A program made the translations under genes and the position numbers. A model generated the notes under the pieces. That model did not search any database, had not been told where the DNA came from, and saw nothing but the letters and a program-made list of their open reading frames with translations. 64,000 nt of DNA from Styela clava (taxonomy: Eukaryota): positions 7,688,001 through 7,752,000 of the forward strand of contig NC_135259.1 in the NCBI RefSeq assembly GCF_964204865.1, given 5' to 3'. Shown piece after piece: positions 27,601 through 40,069 of the stretch; within the stretch, counting starts at the first letter, position 1, and each line of letters opens with the position of its first letter.

Positions 27601-30600
27601 GGTGTCCGCCATCTTGGTTTGCATAGTTCCGGAGTAACTCTTTGAGGGAGTGAAGCTAATTAAAAATAAGACTATTTGTTAGATTTGAACTTTCCCGATT
27701 TATTTTGGTTTCAAATCTTTTTATTTTTTTTTTCATTATTTACACTTCATCCACATATTTTCAACGTGTTTTTCAAATTAAACAATTTCGCCTTACTATT
27801 TGTTATTTGTAGCTTATTGTTAGGGTTAGCTAGTTGTAGCTAGTTCTCTTTGAGGTGGGGTGCAAGACTTGACAAATTCTAAAAAGGGTGCGCGGCTTAA
27901 AAAGTTTAAGAACTTTCCATGATGCTTTGGCACAGGGGCGGGCAACTTCTCTAGTCGGCGGGCCAGATGTGAAAAAATAAAGCCCTCGGCGGGCAGGATT
28001 ATTACAAAATTATTATTATTGCCCACCCCTGCGGGCAGCATAAATAAAATCATACGAATAAAACAAAAATTGTCTACATCAATGAATACCTGCAAATATT
28101 CGTGAACTGTCCGTGGTAGACGTGAGAGTAGTAGTAACTGTAGAAAGAGTAGTTGGTATAGCAGTGGTAGAGCGACATTGTACCTTACTGTAATCTACTG
28201 ACCACCTTCCGTCATCGCGACATCTTATGGACCTCACTATCCGATCATAACATTTCAGATTTATCTTATAAAACAAAATTATTGAAAGAATTAATGTTTA
28301 AATAATAGTTTATTCCAAATTTAGTCTATACAGCATTTTTGATAGAACACGGTTACATTTTCGTATTTTTCTCTAAAAGCTATCCATTAGAGAATAAATT
28401 TAATTAATAAATTTATATTCTCGCCTCCAAAGAAAAGTGATAGCAGACATTGATAGTATATAAGGCTATGTATGAAGCGCAGAAAGTTGAAAGAAATTCT
28501 CCTCTAGCCGCTTGTAGCGGTGTCTCGAAAATGTCGTGTCCCACATGTCTCACTTGTTTCACATTGCCCTGGTACAAGTGAAATACGTGGGACAAGTGAG
28601 GCACGTGGAGCAGGTGGGACAAATGGCAGAATGTCCCAAAAGGTTTTTTATCAACATCTGAAGAAATACCGGATATGTGTCTAAATGTATATTTTGAGTT
28701 TATTATTACTATTATCTTCATAATAGAACATAAATTTAACATTGCTATTATCAACATTTGCTTTTCTGAAAATAATAACTTATACATATCAGTACTTTTC
28801 CTCCTTTCTTTTTGATAATCTTTTCTTTCTTGTCGTCGTAGTTTTCAACAGTGACTCGGTTATTCAAATAGAATTGATCAAGTATGCATTTCCTCTCTGA
28901 AATATAATGCAATTTTTAATAGTTCGCATTGCTGTAAACAAGGTACGCAGCAGCCACTTTGAGGCAGAGGGTTGAAAAAGTTGGACTGACTGTAATCTCT
29001 CTGATTAGGCATATATAATCTCGTTTGTGTTGGGTTAGAGTTCATGACATGGGCAAACTACGGTCTGCCCTCACATGACCCGCCAATCTAGGTGCCAAAT
29101 TTTTGTCCCGTGGTTCAAAAACCTTGCCAACCCCTGGGTTAGACGCTAGTCTAACAATGATTTAATTAAAATAGGTATTTCTAAAGTGCAATGCCAATAA
29201 AATAACATCATTTCATTACCATCGCGCTCATTGGTGAATAAAACTATTGGTTGTTTCTTACCTGGGCGTGAACGGCACGAAGGAACATCGGCTGACCATT
29301 TCTGAGCTTCGTTGCAAAATATTTGTTTCTCACCCATTAGAATATATTTTTCTTCGCAGTTAAAAGTAACTGTGGAATTTATTAAACGAAGTCTGTCTGA
29401 CCGCGAGTATGAGGCAACAAGATTGGAGGGTAGTGTAAGTTCCGGACATTGTATTGCTGTGAATTAATGAAAATTAAAATAGAATATGGAGTTGATAAAT
29501 TTTTTGAGACTTCCGGAGGTTAGGCTACATGACTGTTTTTAAGGATCAAATCCAGATATGATCCGTGCTTTCTACAATCATTACATACACACCGGCTGTG
29601 GAATTTTATCTCATAATAGTGCAATACGTTGGGTGTCTCAAAAATGTCATGTCCCCGCGTGTCCCACTCGTCCCCCATGTTTGTCCTAATTGTCCAACGT
29701 GTATCGCTTGAACAACCATTTTTTCATGTCTGTTCCAAACAATCCAGATGATAATTAAATATTATATATCAGTATCGGAATACCGAAAATTCGGTATTTT
29801 CAAATATCGGCGTCTCGATATCGGATCATCGAATTGAAAAATATTTTTTTATAAATAATAATTGCAATACTTTAATTCAATCAGGTGTAGTTCACTTATA
29901 CGCCAATTTTCACCACCTTGAAACAAGTAGGGTACGTTTGGAAAGTGAGACACGTTGGACACGTGGGACAAGACATGTTCAAGACACCGCAATACGCCAT
30001 CACATAGATAAACAGCTGAATGAAGAAAAACCAATTTTTTTGTCTGAATTAAAAATATGACCAGAACCATAATATATAAGGCTTTTGACCAAAAGCTAGA
30101 ACAAATGTAAAATCTAAAATACAATCAGGAATATGGAGAATAAACATAGCATACCTTCGCATGTAGGCGCACTGGTAGACCAGACGTCACCTTCTTCACA
30201 TTTCAATATTCTACTCCCAATAAGTCGATATCCAGATTTACAGAAGAAAGTTGCAAATTTGTTGTTCGAAACAGTCATTTCGGAATTTGGATTTGCTGTC
30301 AATCTGGGACAATTTGCAACTGGAAAAAGGTAACTTGCGTAATACATTGAATGCATCGAAGATGGAAGTTTTTTTAAAATATTGTGTATATGTTATAATT
30401 ATTAATTATATATTTTATTACCTCTTTGGCAAACGATATTCAGTTTTGACCAAACGCCGTTTTCCTGACAGAACGCATAATCTTCCTTCACTACATTTTT
30501 GTATCCTGTAATGATAAATAAATTCGTACCGTTTGACAATGCAATTGAATTTTGGCATATAATCTCCCTATTCTGAATCATTGTCTTCTTTATATTGGTC

Positions 30601-33600
30601 ACTACGTGAGTTGATTTGTTTTTCGATACACGTGATTTCGATGTAGAAAAGGGGTTTTGTGAATGTAAGAATTATCCTTAATTGCCAATCCAAAAGTTTA
30701 TCAGTGAATGTTTTAAAAATAGTTATAATAATATGTCTTGATAGTCCTTCAACAAAATGATAAAAACATTTTACATACCGCTAAATTAAAAATATTGCCT
30801 GGTGCTAAAACGAGTTTATACGAACATTGTGAAGTGGAACGATTTTCGATAATGAGCAATGAATTCAATAAAATTGATAAATAAATTCAATAAACTTCCT
30901 CAGACCTTCTGCACACTTATAATGAGCTTGCAGTATTCCGCTTTTAGACGTGTCGATCGTTGGTGAATCTGCAGATATTGATTTATCGGAAGATTTTGGA
31001 GGTGTTCCACATTTATTTTCCAAACAACTATGCCGAGGTGTAGACCAAGTGTAATCTTCATTGCACTTAATTTTTGAATCTCCGAGAAGAATGTAACCTT
31101 TGTATAAAATAATTACATACTGTATCATTAATATTTGTAACCAGTATATATCAAAAATATAATATAATGTAATATAATTTATAATACATATAATTATAAA
31201 AGTTGAAAAAGTAAAATACTACACGTAATTATAGTAGGATTGAATATCCATCCTTTTTGAAAACTCGGTTTTGATTGTTGTAAATACAGAGGACGAATAC
31301 AGAATACTACCGACCATATTCACAAACGTGGTGAACGACATCTCGGACATCATATCCTAGTTTTAGTGATATTGCAAGTGAGTGATGGATGATGTTCGTC
31401 GGGGGCTTACATCCACCTTAAAAATGAGATTATTTGTTGATATTACGCATGTAACATAAAATGGTATTATAAAATAAAACTATATGAAAAACATTCCTAC
31501 AAATTGGATCTAAACAATTGGCGAGAATATAATATGCTAGAAAGCAATCCTCACATATATGGACATAAAAATGGCGAAACGGTACGGGTATGGTAAATCT
31601 TCTTATCTGAACACTGATTTTACCGCACAGATCGTCGGCGAAACGTGACGGAGGAAGACAATCGTGACGTAATTTTATGTGTTTCCATCCCCAAATAAGT
31701 ATCCTTTTTAATTGAAATAAAACTTCGAAAATTTCAGGTGAGACATTTGAAAATGAAATACTCACGAATGCACGTTGGTTCAATGCCAGACCACTTTCTA
31801 TCAGTTCTGCATTTCTGGAATATGTCACCGTAAATATAATAACCTTCCTTGCAATCGTACTGTAATTTTTGTCGTCTATCTCCATAATATTTAGCAATTT
31901 TTGGATAATAGACTGAGGGAAGATAACAATCTGCATCTGTCAATAGGAGGATAAAACTGCATATAGGCACAAGACTGCTGTTGGCTCATTGCGGATCCAG
32001 TATAGGAATAAATGAAACTTTTTGAAAAATAATGTAGAATCGATTTCCCCCTTACTCGTCTATATATATATATTATTGTTTGATTTGTCGGTAGTTTAAT
32101 CGTTATCAGCTACAACGACTTACTGTATTTAGGTAAAGGGTAATCCTGAAGTATTCGCACCACGATGTCGCACAACCTGAATCCTAACCTGTTACACGAC
32201 CTGAGTTCAGGTGGTGCGCCATCTTGGTACGCATACTTCAGGAGGTCCAATTAAAGTTTATTTCTTTTAATACAAAAAAAGTAAGAATATCAAAAATATC
32301 AATCGCGGAAAGGTAATAGCTGCAAATTAATATTGGAAAGAATATAAATTACTTTAGCTCAAAGTTTATCAAATTATAAATTACTTGGATTGAAGCAAGA
32401 TCGACCACAGTGGTCATCACAAAGACATTCTTTCGATTTCGCCTTGCAGTCCCATTTCGACGAGCATGGTTTCCTACACTTTCGTCCTGCTTCAACTAAA
32501 TGAATGTTTTTGGTACATTTCTCGTCACCTGTCGCAAAAGGAGATAATGTTTATTCTATAAAATTAGGTGCAAATACGTAAAAAATATGGAGCAAAAGCG
32601 TGGGAACAATTTCAGTAAATCATTTCACAATGTAGTCAGATTGATAATATAATTTCTTCTCACTTGGTATAGCACATGTATTATGGAGGTGAAGCAAACG
32701 TACTTAAACTAATACTGTATGTCAAATTCTGTATTTTATATTGTAAAGAACTTTACTCAATCATTAAAATTATAGGCAACAGTTTATTGATTCAAATACG
32801 GGGAACTAAAGTGAACATAATAGCTGTGACTATAAATTCTGCATATCCGTAAGCTGTTTTATTCGTTAAATTTCTATTTATTTATTTGGGAAATTTGGGA
32901 AAAATCTGAAATGTTGTTGGATAAATCTTAAACTACGTTCGAAACAAATGAAGTGCTGTAAATGTCACTGAGTTTATTTTCGTTTCGAAGCAGTAAACTG
33001 AACAAGGCCCAAGGCGTTAGGGACTTTCTGACATAAAGTATACATCTGCTATAAATAGAAAACTCAAATGACGATTTCTATTGGGGCATCATAGGAAAAT
33101 TGCTCGTTTGCATTGGTTGGATAAACGTTTTCAGTAATTAGGAAAAAGGAATACCTATGTTTTCAACGATCTTCATAGCTTGCCGACATTCTGCCATTGT
33201 TTCGCAACATTGTGTTGAACAAGCAGTTAAGTCCACGTCGTAAAATCCAGATGCTACGAGGGCGACAATATTTTCGCAAGAAACTGAATTGCACTGCGCT
33301 TTTGGAATACATGAAGCTGCTATAAGACGTTCACCTAAAACAAAAACAATATGAAAAAATGATTACAATATTATCTTAGGTGTAAAGTATTCAGGTATTG
33401 TGTTCTGTAATTCAAATTCAAATAAGTAATACATTTCCAAAGTTACCCGAACAGGTTTGAAAAAATATTCATCACTTTTATAATATACAGCGTTTTCACA
33501 TATATTTTAAAGAGAACAGATCATATTTCAAATACTGATATAATTAATTCGAATTTACGTCTACCAGATGATTGCCCCTATATCTTATTGTAAAAATGTC

Positions 33601-36098
33601 CACTGAAATTATGCATAGTATTCCTTTGATTCTTTTTCATTACGTGTGGCAAAAAGCTCCATTGCGAAATTCTTTCGTAAAGCATATAGCTGCATTTAGA
33701 AAATAAATTGTTGATATCTGTTACAAACGTTGCTAATATTTATTTTAAAGGAATCTCAAATATTATTTTGTTTCAAATCAAAGTTTTATTATTTTTTACT
33801 TTTTCATATTTTTTCACATTGACATATATTTTTTTTAACTTGAATATTTTAAATACGATTACACATTGAATATTCAGTGTAACATGTGCAATAATACTTT
33901 AACATTCACATATGTTTAGAATCTGTATAACGTCGGAATTTCGTTGTATCTAACTAAAAAAAATTAGGCAAAGGCCAAAATATTCAAACAGACGTTTAAT
34001 ATGAAAATAAGTCGTCCGAAGAATGACAATTTCCACTACAGGGTATAATAAGGTCAACTCGAAAATAAATGAAACAAGGAATAATTTCTAAGATGCAGTA
34101 CTTTTATTAGGCTGATCTATTTTGAAATAACAATTTCATCTGATATCAGATGCATAATATTAATGATAATTCTTAGAAAACACCTCATTTACCTCCTGAT
34201 TGCAGTTTGAAATCTTTCATAACAAGACAGCTTTCATCTTTTGAACATTTGACTTCAATTAGGTCATGATCTTCATAGTCAATAATAGAATTGTAAATAT
34301 GAATTCCACGAGGGCAGGAGGCCAGACCTATTTTGGGTAAAAAAAAAATCTTTTACCTAAATGAACTGAAATTGAAATTGCGGATTATGTTTCAAATTCA
34401 CAGATTATAACTATGAGGCTGTAAGACAAGTCGATGACGTAGAATCGTGCACAGATTGTGTGAAAGTGATCCAACTGATTACTCTCATTAAGATATGTTT
34501 TCTGCATTGTTCCAAACTGTTCTCATGTTTCGAAGGAAATTTATAAACTATTTTTTTCTACAATTATATATTCTCAGTGTTCTGATATAACATTTATACT
34601 ACAGCAAGCTTTTGGTAAGGAATTGTGTATAATCGCCACAACAAAGCGCAAATCAGGATCAAAAACTTAGCTGCCATGGTGCCTTTTTTGTGTGTGTGAT
34701 CAGTATGTAGGCGTCATCATTGAGACAACTCGACATAGCGATTTTTCATAAAAATGTTGTATTAAATAGAATTAATAAATAAAAATCAAGAAAATATAAG
34801 TTATTTCCTACTTTGTGAAGTTACATCACTGATGGATCTCGAGCTTTTTCTTGCTTTTTGATATCGAAGTTCAAATGTGGATAAAGGATTGATAACGAAA
34901 GCTATCAAACGTATCTTGTTTGTTTTGGTTTCGTATGTTACTTCAAACTCCTCATTGTGAAACACTTTTTCCAAAGATCCATCTGTTAGCTGATATAATT
35001 GACGATAGAAATAAGGTGCATTATGTTGTGCCAGAACTTGGTTCAAATGTTGATAATCTCCGTGTTTGAGAAAACCGAAACTTCTCCAGTTCGACACACG
35101 TAAAGACTATTATAAGTTTTATTGATTTGAAAATGAACTTTAAAGATCTGAAGCATGAAATCTCTTCCACCAGGCTATCGCGTCTACAAACGTTAATCAA
35201 ATAATAAAAGTTTAAACTGATAGGATTTGTTACTTAATTTTTCTGAAATGTTACATTTAATCTAAAAGTCACTAAATTACACAATTTTTGCAATATAAAA
35301 TGTGGAATAATAAATAAGTGTTTTTACGTTAAAAATTTTCAATACGCATTTGCAACTGACACAGTTGATGAAACAAAACGATTTCATTCCAAGTAGCTTC
35401 ACATACCTCAAACTAGCAGGTTGATCTTTGCTTAGAATAAATAAAACAAAAACAAAAAAACAGCCGCTTAACAATTCTGTCATGAAAATTGTTTTCTTAC
35501 CCATAACGTATCTGGTCCTGAAAATTTTATGAATGGAAAGAATAAGTTGATAGTTGTGCCTGGATCAGTTTCCAAGTGCCACGTACATGTTAAGCTTTCT
35601 CTATCTCGTCTCGACCATGTCTTCAGTGATATAGTCTTAGCACCGGCGCTCACTTGCTCATTGAACTTACATTCATCTACAACAATAAAAGAATACTCAC
35701 TCCATGAGCGGAATTATAGAATATGAACCCAAGTTTTGGGGGTATAATTTTTAGTAAAATCACAATTATACCAATAGCATTTAAAGAATGCTTAATTTTC
35801 AGGAGGATCTAAAGGAATTGCTTTGTCGACGTTGTCTGACAAATTATTAGATGATTTAGTAACTTAGTTTATATTATTTGAATTTTACTAGTTTAGACAA
35901 AGTAAAGGCTCCTAGAATAATAATCTTTCATCCTATAAAATTTGGCGAATTTGAAAAAAAATTGATAAAATAAACCTAAGATTCATGAACGAATAAGTCT
36001 ACTATTAATATATAAAAAAAAAACATACCTTCTCCGTTTATCTTCAACGTATTCACAAAAAGTAGACATCCAGTAAAAATCAAATTAATGCAATTCAT
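18647..36098 (-). CDS. Secreted mosaic trypsin-like serine protease: SP - CUB-like - LU/three-finger-like - WAP - 10xCCP (sushi) - Pro-rich linker - S1 protease; ~1335 aa, 26 exons
   Basis: Exons: 36098-36029, 35676-35501, 35106-34812, 34327-34193, 33334-33155, 32528-32385, 31936-31766, 31416-31315, 31097-30906, 30505-30422, 30319-30155, 29456-29262, 28896-28796, 28264-28090, 27081-26905, 25999-25808, 25301-25137, 24671-24571, 24325-24166, 22296-22151, 21826-21700, 20515-20397, 20157-19986, 19464-19305, 19195-19057, 18811-18647 (4008 nt, all GT-AG, phase-consistent, no internal stop). Activation site R|VIEG; triad TASH / NDIAL / GDSGG; Asp189 (VDSC). Confidence 0.88.
20638..21449. mobile_element. 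hAT MITE in a protease intron
   Basis: CAGTGGTTCCCGAAC...GTTTGGGAACCGCTG with perfect 8-bp TSD CTCTAGTA. Confidence 0.92.
20758..21159. mobile_element. Tc1/mariner-pogo-type MITE nested in the hAT MITE
   Basis: TA|CCGTGTTTCC...GGAAACACGG|TA termini with TA TSD. Confidence 0.75.
22427..24137. mobile_element. Old non-autonomous hAT-like element filling a protease intron
   Basis: CAGATGG...cggcccgcgggcc left end, ...GCACGCCCCTG right end, degenerate TSD ttgtagaa/ttataaaa. Confidence 0.5.
26035..26618 (-). mobile_element. Internally deleted Tc1/mariner element with an N-terminal transposase remnant
   Basis: TIR CAGGGTGTCTCAAAA..AAGTATACACTTT / AAAGTGTATACTT..TTTTGAGACACCCAG with TA TSD. Remnant [19 protein letters not shown] resembles the KF.ETGSV.D..RSGRP HTH region. 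Confidence 0.85.
26764..26820. repeat. Near-perfect 57-nt palindrome/hairpin in a protease intron
   Basis: 26-bp arms TTTGAATTAaCTTGTACATTCGCCAG / CTGGCGAATGTACAAGgTAATTCAAA, one mismatch, 5-nt loop. Confidence 0.9.
27402..27638. mobile_element. Long-TIR MITE (Merlin-like, GG termini), nested in a hAT-like element (~27345-27915)
   Basis: TIR gaagtatgtg..caagatggcggacaccggaacgtagtatg and its reverse complement. Same family at 43364-43600; shorter relatives at ~32139-32248 and ~53899-54007. Confidence 0.75.
29632..29990. mobile_element. MITE with internal 9-bp (gtgggacaa-like) repeats
   Basis: Inverted termini ggtgtctcaaaaatgtcatgtcc / gggacaagacatgttcaagacacc. Related copy at ~28518-28640. 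Confidence 0.55.
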
Positions 36099-37508
36099 CT
36101 TTTCTTTAAAAAAAGTACTGATGTGAAATAAATATTACCGACAAATAAATTTTATTCAGATGGCATGGCGGAAAAATCAGGCATAAAAGTTTGATGTTGT
36201 ATTACAGTAATCAAATTATCCAACGGAAAATATGTTCAATTCATTCTACTGCAGATATTTACTTCCCTATTTTCACTCAGAAGATAAATTTTTTGTCCAT
36301 TTAGTTATTTTTCAAGTGACAATTTACCAAACGTAACCAAATGTTTCACGAACAACGTACCTAAATATTACATATTCACTAGAGTCAAAATCGAATAAAA
36401 ATATTCAGCTTAAAATATCATCGTAATCTTTTAACTGGTTCCGTAACGTTCAATTTCGTATTGTGAGTTATATTTTGCAATTCAATTATAATTCAACCAC
36501 AAAACCGATATGTATTGTTAATTCCATTTTGATTACTTAATTTGAAATATAGATATATAAGTCACATATTTCTTTGCATGATACTAAAATTATACTATCA
36601 TATAAAAAGTTAAAGCAATAACATTTCAGGGAAAATGCAAGTCGACAATATTGCTTAACAAAATATAAAAAAATGTATAGAACTTTGTATTAGTACCAGA
36701 ATCGCATGTAACCTCGAAAGATTCGTATACTCCATAATTGCTGAAAATAGTATTAGACACTTTTCTGTCTGCAAGAATGATATCTTATTATTTTACTCTA
36801 CCTGATAATATCTTTGAATAATATCGAATATTTTAGACACAGTAAAAATCAAAACACTCAATCTGCATGGACATAACAACTGTAAGAATTATTAGCATTA
36901 AGTAAGTAGCCAAGCCTTACTTGTAAAATTAAAAACGCATGCTTGAGGCAATTTACGATTTATCGCCATTAAAATGCAAAACAAATATACTGAAATGTTA
37001 CAGTAAATCTTATGTAATTAACTTACTTTGCACAATGAATCGTATGTTGGCTAAATAGGCAAGTCTTCAAATGAATCTAAAACACCTATACCGTAAACGT
37101 GAATAAGCTCTGGAATAAGCCATTATCTGTACGGTATGTTTACAAGGTATAGTTGATTTTTCAAATATTTCTGACAGCATGTCTTCGAAACTATGACTTT
37201 GGTTTTGTTGTCATACGTGATAGCCAAACTAGAACATGAGTCACGCGACAGTGTTAGTAAAGATCGTATATTAAATCAAATATGTGTGTTTCTTTATATG
37301 ACTCTACAGTAAAATTATGAGGATATTTTTGCTTCATGTGTAGAATGATTGCAGGTGGTCTATCAACAAGTCAAATAATAACTACCTGTTATAGAGAAAT
37401 ATATATTTATATTTACCCGGTGAGCGAGAAAATCTGATAATTGTTCTTAAAAAATAGCAAAGTATAAAATGTCGATTGAAAAGTGAAAAAAAAAATGTTA
37501 CATCCATA

Positions 37509-37748
37509 AACAAGAGAGCTATGCTCAAATATATGGACACGTCACAAGGTGTCGCTATTTTTCATTCTGACACATAAAAAACGAATCTCTTGAAGTCCAC
37601 AGAAAATTAACCACTGAAAATTTCAAAGCAATTGGTCCAGTATTCGAAGAGAAAAACTTTTCGAAGAGACTTTTTTTAACGTGTCAAAGAACAAGAACAA
37701 CAACAACATAATATTGAAACGATCGTTATGTCCACTGACGTGTCCAAT
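37509..37748 (-). mobile_element. HINE/DINE-1-like element, second copy
   Basis: Near-identical ends to 18153-18413. Isolated hairpin ends in opposite orientation at ~40594-40626 and ~59787-59816. Confidence 0.65.
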
Positions 37749-39089
37749 AAATGAAAGATAGACTCCGAAGTTTTGTCATAGTCAAGTTGGTAGTTTGAAT
37801 CATAAATGTACCGATTATACTTTTGTCATCGATACCGATACGCCGATATTTCAAAAAGCCGTTATTGCCGACAATATTACGGACGAGGTAAAAAAAAGTT
37901 ATTGGCGATCTACTACTGTAGACATTCTTAATTAAGCTCGAGGTACAGGTTAATCACAACATGAGAAAAGATTATGTAAATTAATTTGCACAAACGGTCC
38001 TTTACTAGACTTATTACTAACGATTTATTAAAATATTTAAATTATTGCATCTTGAATTTCTTTGTAACTTTGTAAATACGCAAGAAGCGTCTAAACACTT
38101 CAATTGAATGTGGATGTTTCATTGTGAAGAGGCGCAAGGAATAGCACAGTTCGATTAGTTTTCGATAAAGGTGGGCTTATAAGTTACAACGATACTTCCC
38201 TCGCTTTTTTGGCATTCTTATGAGTTGCTTTTCGACAGTTTAAAATTTAGCGGTCGTTCATTTTTATGTGACTTCATTCTAGTCAGCCAAACACAGTATT
38301 ATGAAAATTTTAGTCGAACTCAGTCGAAGGCAGGAAGGACACTTCTGATACATAGGATGCAACCAAATACAGAGAACACGTCGAATTCTAAATACAACCG
38401 TCTGCCTGACATAAAATAATTATATTTTCATTTGACACGATATCTGAAATGACGTAATTTTTCCAATATTGTACAGTATTTATAGTATTTGCCCATCAAC
38501 ACCAATACATCGCATTAATAACTCACTTCCTCTCAAATCGAGTTTAGCCCGAGTGAGACTAAACTAAACCTATAGAAATAGCCGGGCTTAAGCATGGAAC
38601 ATACTTTACTGTCCCATCCCCATGGGATTCCTATTGTAATAACGAAATTCATTAGGAATTATTAAATTTATGAAATTATAGGTATAATATCTGCTAAATA
38701 AGACATGCAAAACGACAATATTTATTGACTTTATTAATTAACTTAAAACTTCAGAAGTATTGTCCAACTATGACAAAGAGTATTACGACCCCATCGCCAA
38801 AACTACTCAAAAGAGCTCTTAGTGTTCGTGCAAAGTTCGAGTTACCACTTGAATTGTTTTCTCTTTGCACCTATCTTTTCAATCTTGAAATTTATTCTGA
38901 TTTTGTATATTTTAGGCAAAGTTTGTAGTCTTGTTTTGTGAAATACTATATTATATACATAAATTAAACGATTAAAGGAATATTTCATGATTTCCACTTG
39001 AATAATATGAACTGAAAAAACGATTGTATTAAAATTTGCATGCTTATTCCTTATGCACGATACAAAGATCTAGTTTTCATCTGCAACAA

Positions 39090-40069
39090 AAAAATCCGTG
39101 AGGAAGAATCTATTGTGACATGGAATACAAATACAACATAAAACTCAAGATTGAAATATGCTTGGTCAAATTAAATGTCCATGAAGCCAATAGATTCTTT
39201 AGTCTGCCACCCAATATTTTTTTATATGCCAAAGAAGAAATCTGCATAGATCAATGTTGATGGTAGAAATTTATCTTGGCCCTTTCAAATATATGTAAAA
39301 GTATCTCAAATTGAATCGGTCCATGTATGGTATACCCTGTGATTGATTGATGTTCGTGACAGTCAAAAACCTGGGGAAAAAATCGTCTGTGAAAATAAAA
39401 TTACGAAATATAAACAATATACAAAGTACATTGCGTTTGAAAACTTTGTATGTTTTATACTTGAACTTTACACTAATTTTTCGATGTGAAAATTCGAGTC
39501 ATGCATGATCTCAAAAACTTCGATCAAAAAGAAATCAAGCAAAGAACATTAGGCAGCAGTCAATTATTTAATAACTAGACTAGGGGGTATGTGTCATTGC
39601 GTCTTTTCAATAACTTGTCCAAGAAGAATTTATTGTAACGAGGAATACAATAGCATAGCATAAGTTCTAGATTAAAATGCAGTGGGTCAAGATAAATATC
39701 TATGATCCCAATGTTTTTTAAATCTTCCACCTACTGCTTTCGATATTACAACGAAAAAATCTGCAAAGACCAATGTTTATGACAGATATTCATCTTGGCC
39801 ATACCAAATCTTTGTGAAAATACTTTAAATTGAATCAGGCATATATGGTATATCGTTTGATTTGAGGCTGATTGTGGCAATCAAAGCCAAAGAGAAAGAA
39901 TTGTCTTTGACGATGAATTTCAAAATATAAACAATACACAAAGTACATTGCGTTTAGAAACTTTGCATGTTTCATACTTGATCTTCATAGATTTTTCTGG
40001 ATTTAGATATTCCAGTCATGCATGATCTCAAAAATTCCGGCCAAAAAGGAATCAAGCAAAGAACATTAG
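39090..40069. repeat. Degenerate ~520-bp tandem duplication (non-coding, probably TE-internal)
   Basis: Blocks such as aaatataaacaata.acaaagtacattgcg and gtcatgcatgatctcaaaaa...aatcaagcaaagaacattag recur ~518 bp apart. No intact ORF. A further ~200-bp duplication lies at 40245-40560. Confidence 0.75.

Noticed and set aside
31430-31936. 168-aa ORF from the track, and similar ORFs such as 2411-2833, 18412-18774, 28413-28787 and 56269-56706
   Set aside because: Alternative-frame, antisense or intronic/TE ORFs with no recognisable motifs; the real exons use other frames.
33565-33690. Additional protease exon
   Set aside because: Candidate acceptors give stops or an incompatible phase; the flanking exons join cleanly without it.
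18647-36098. Calling the protease factor B/C2 or MASP
   Set aside because: No vWA exon and no CUB-EGF-CUB arrangement was found; only partial signatures are shared, so no gene symbol is given.
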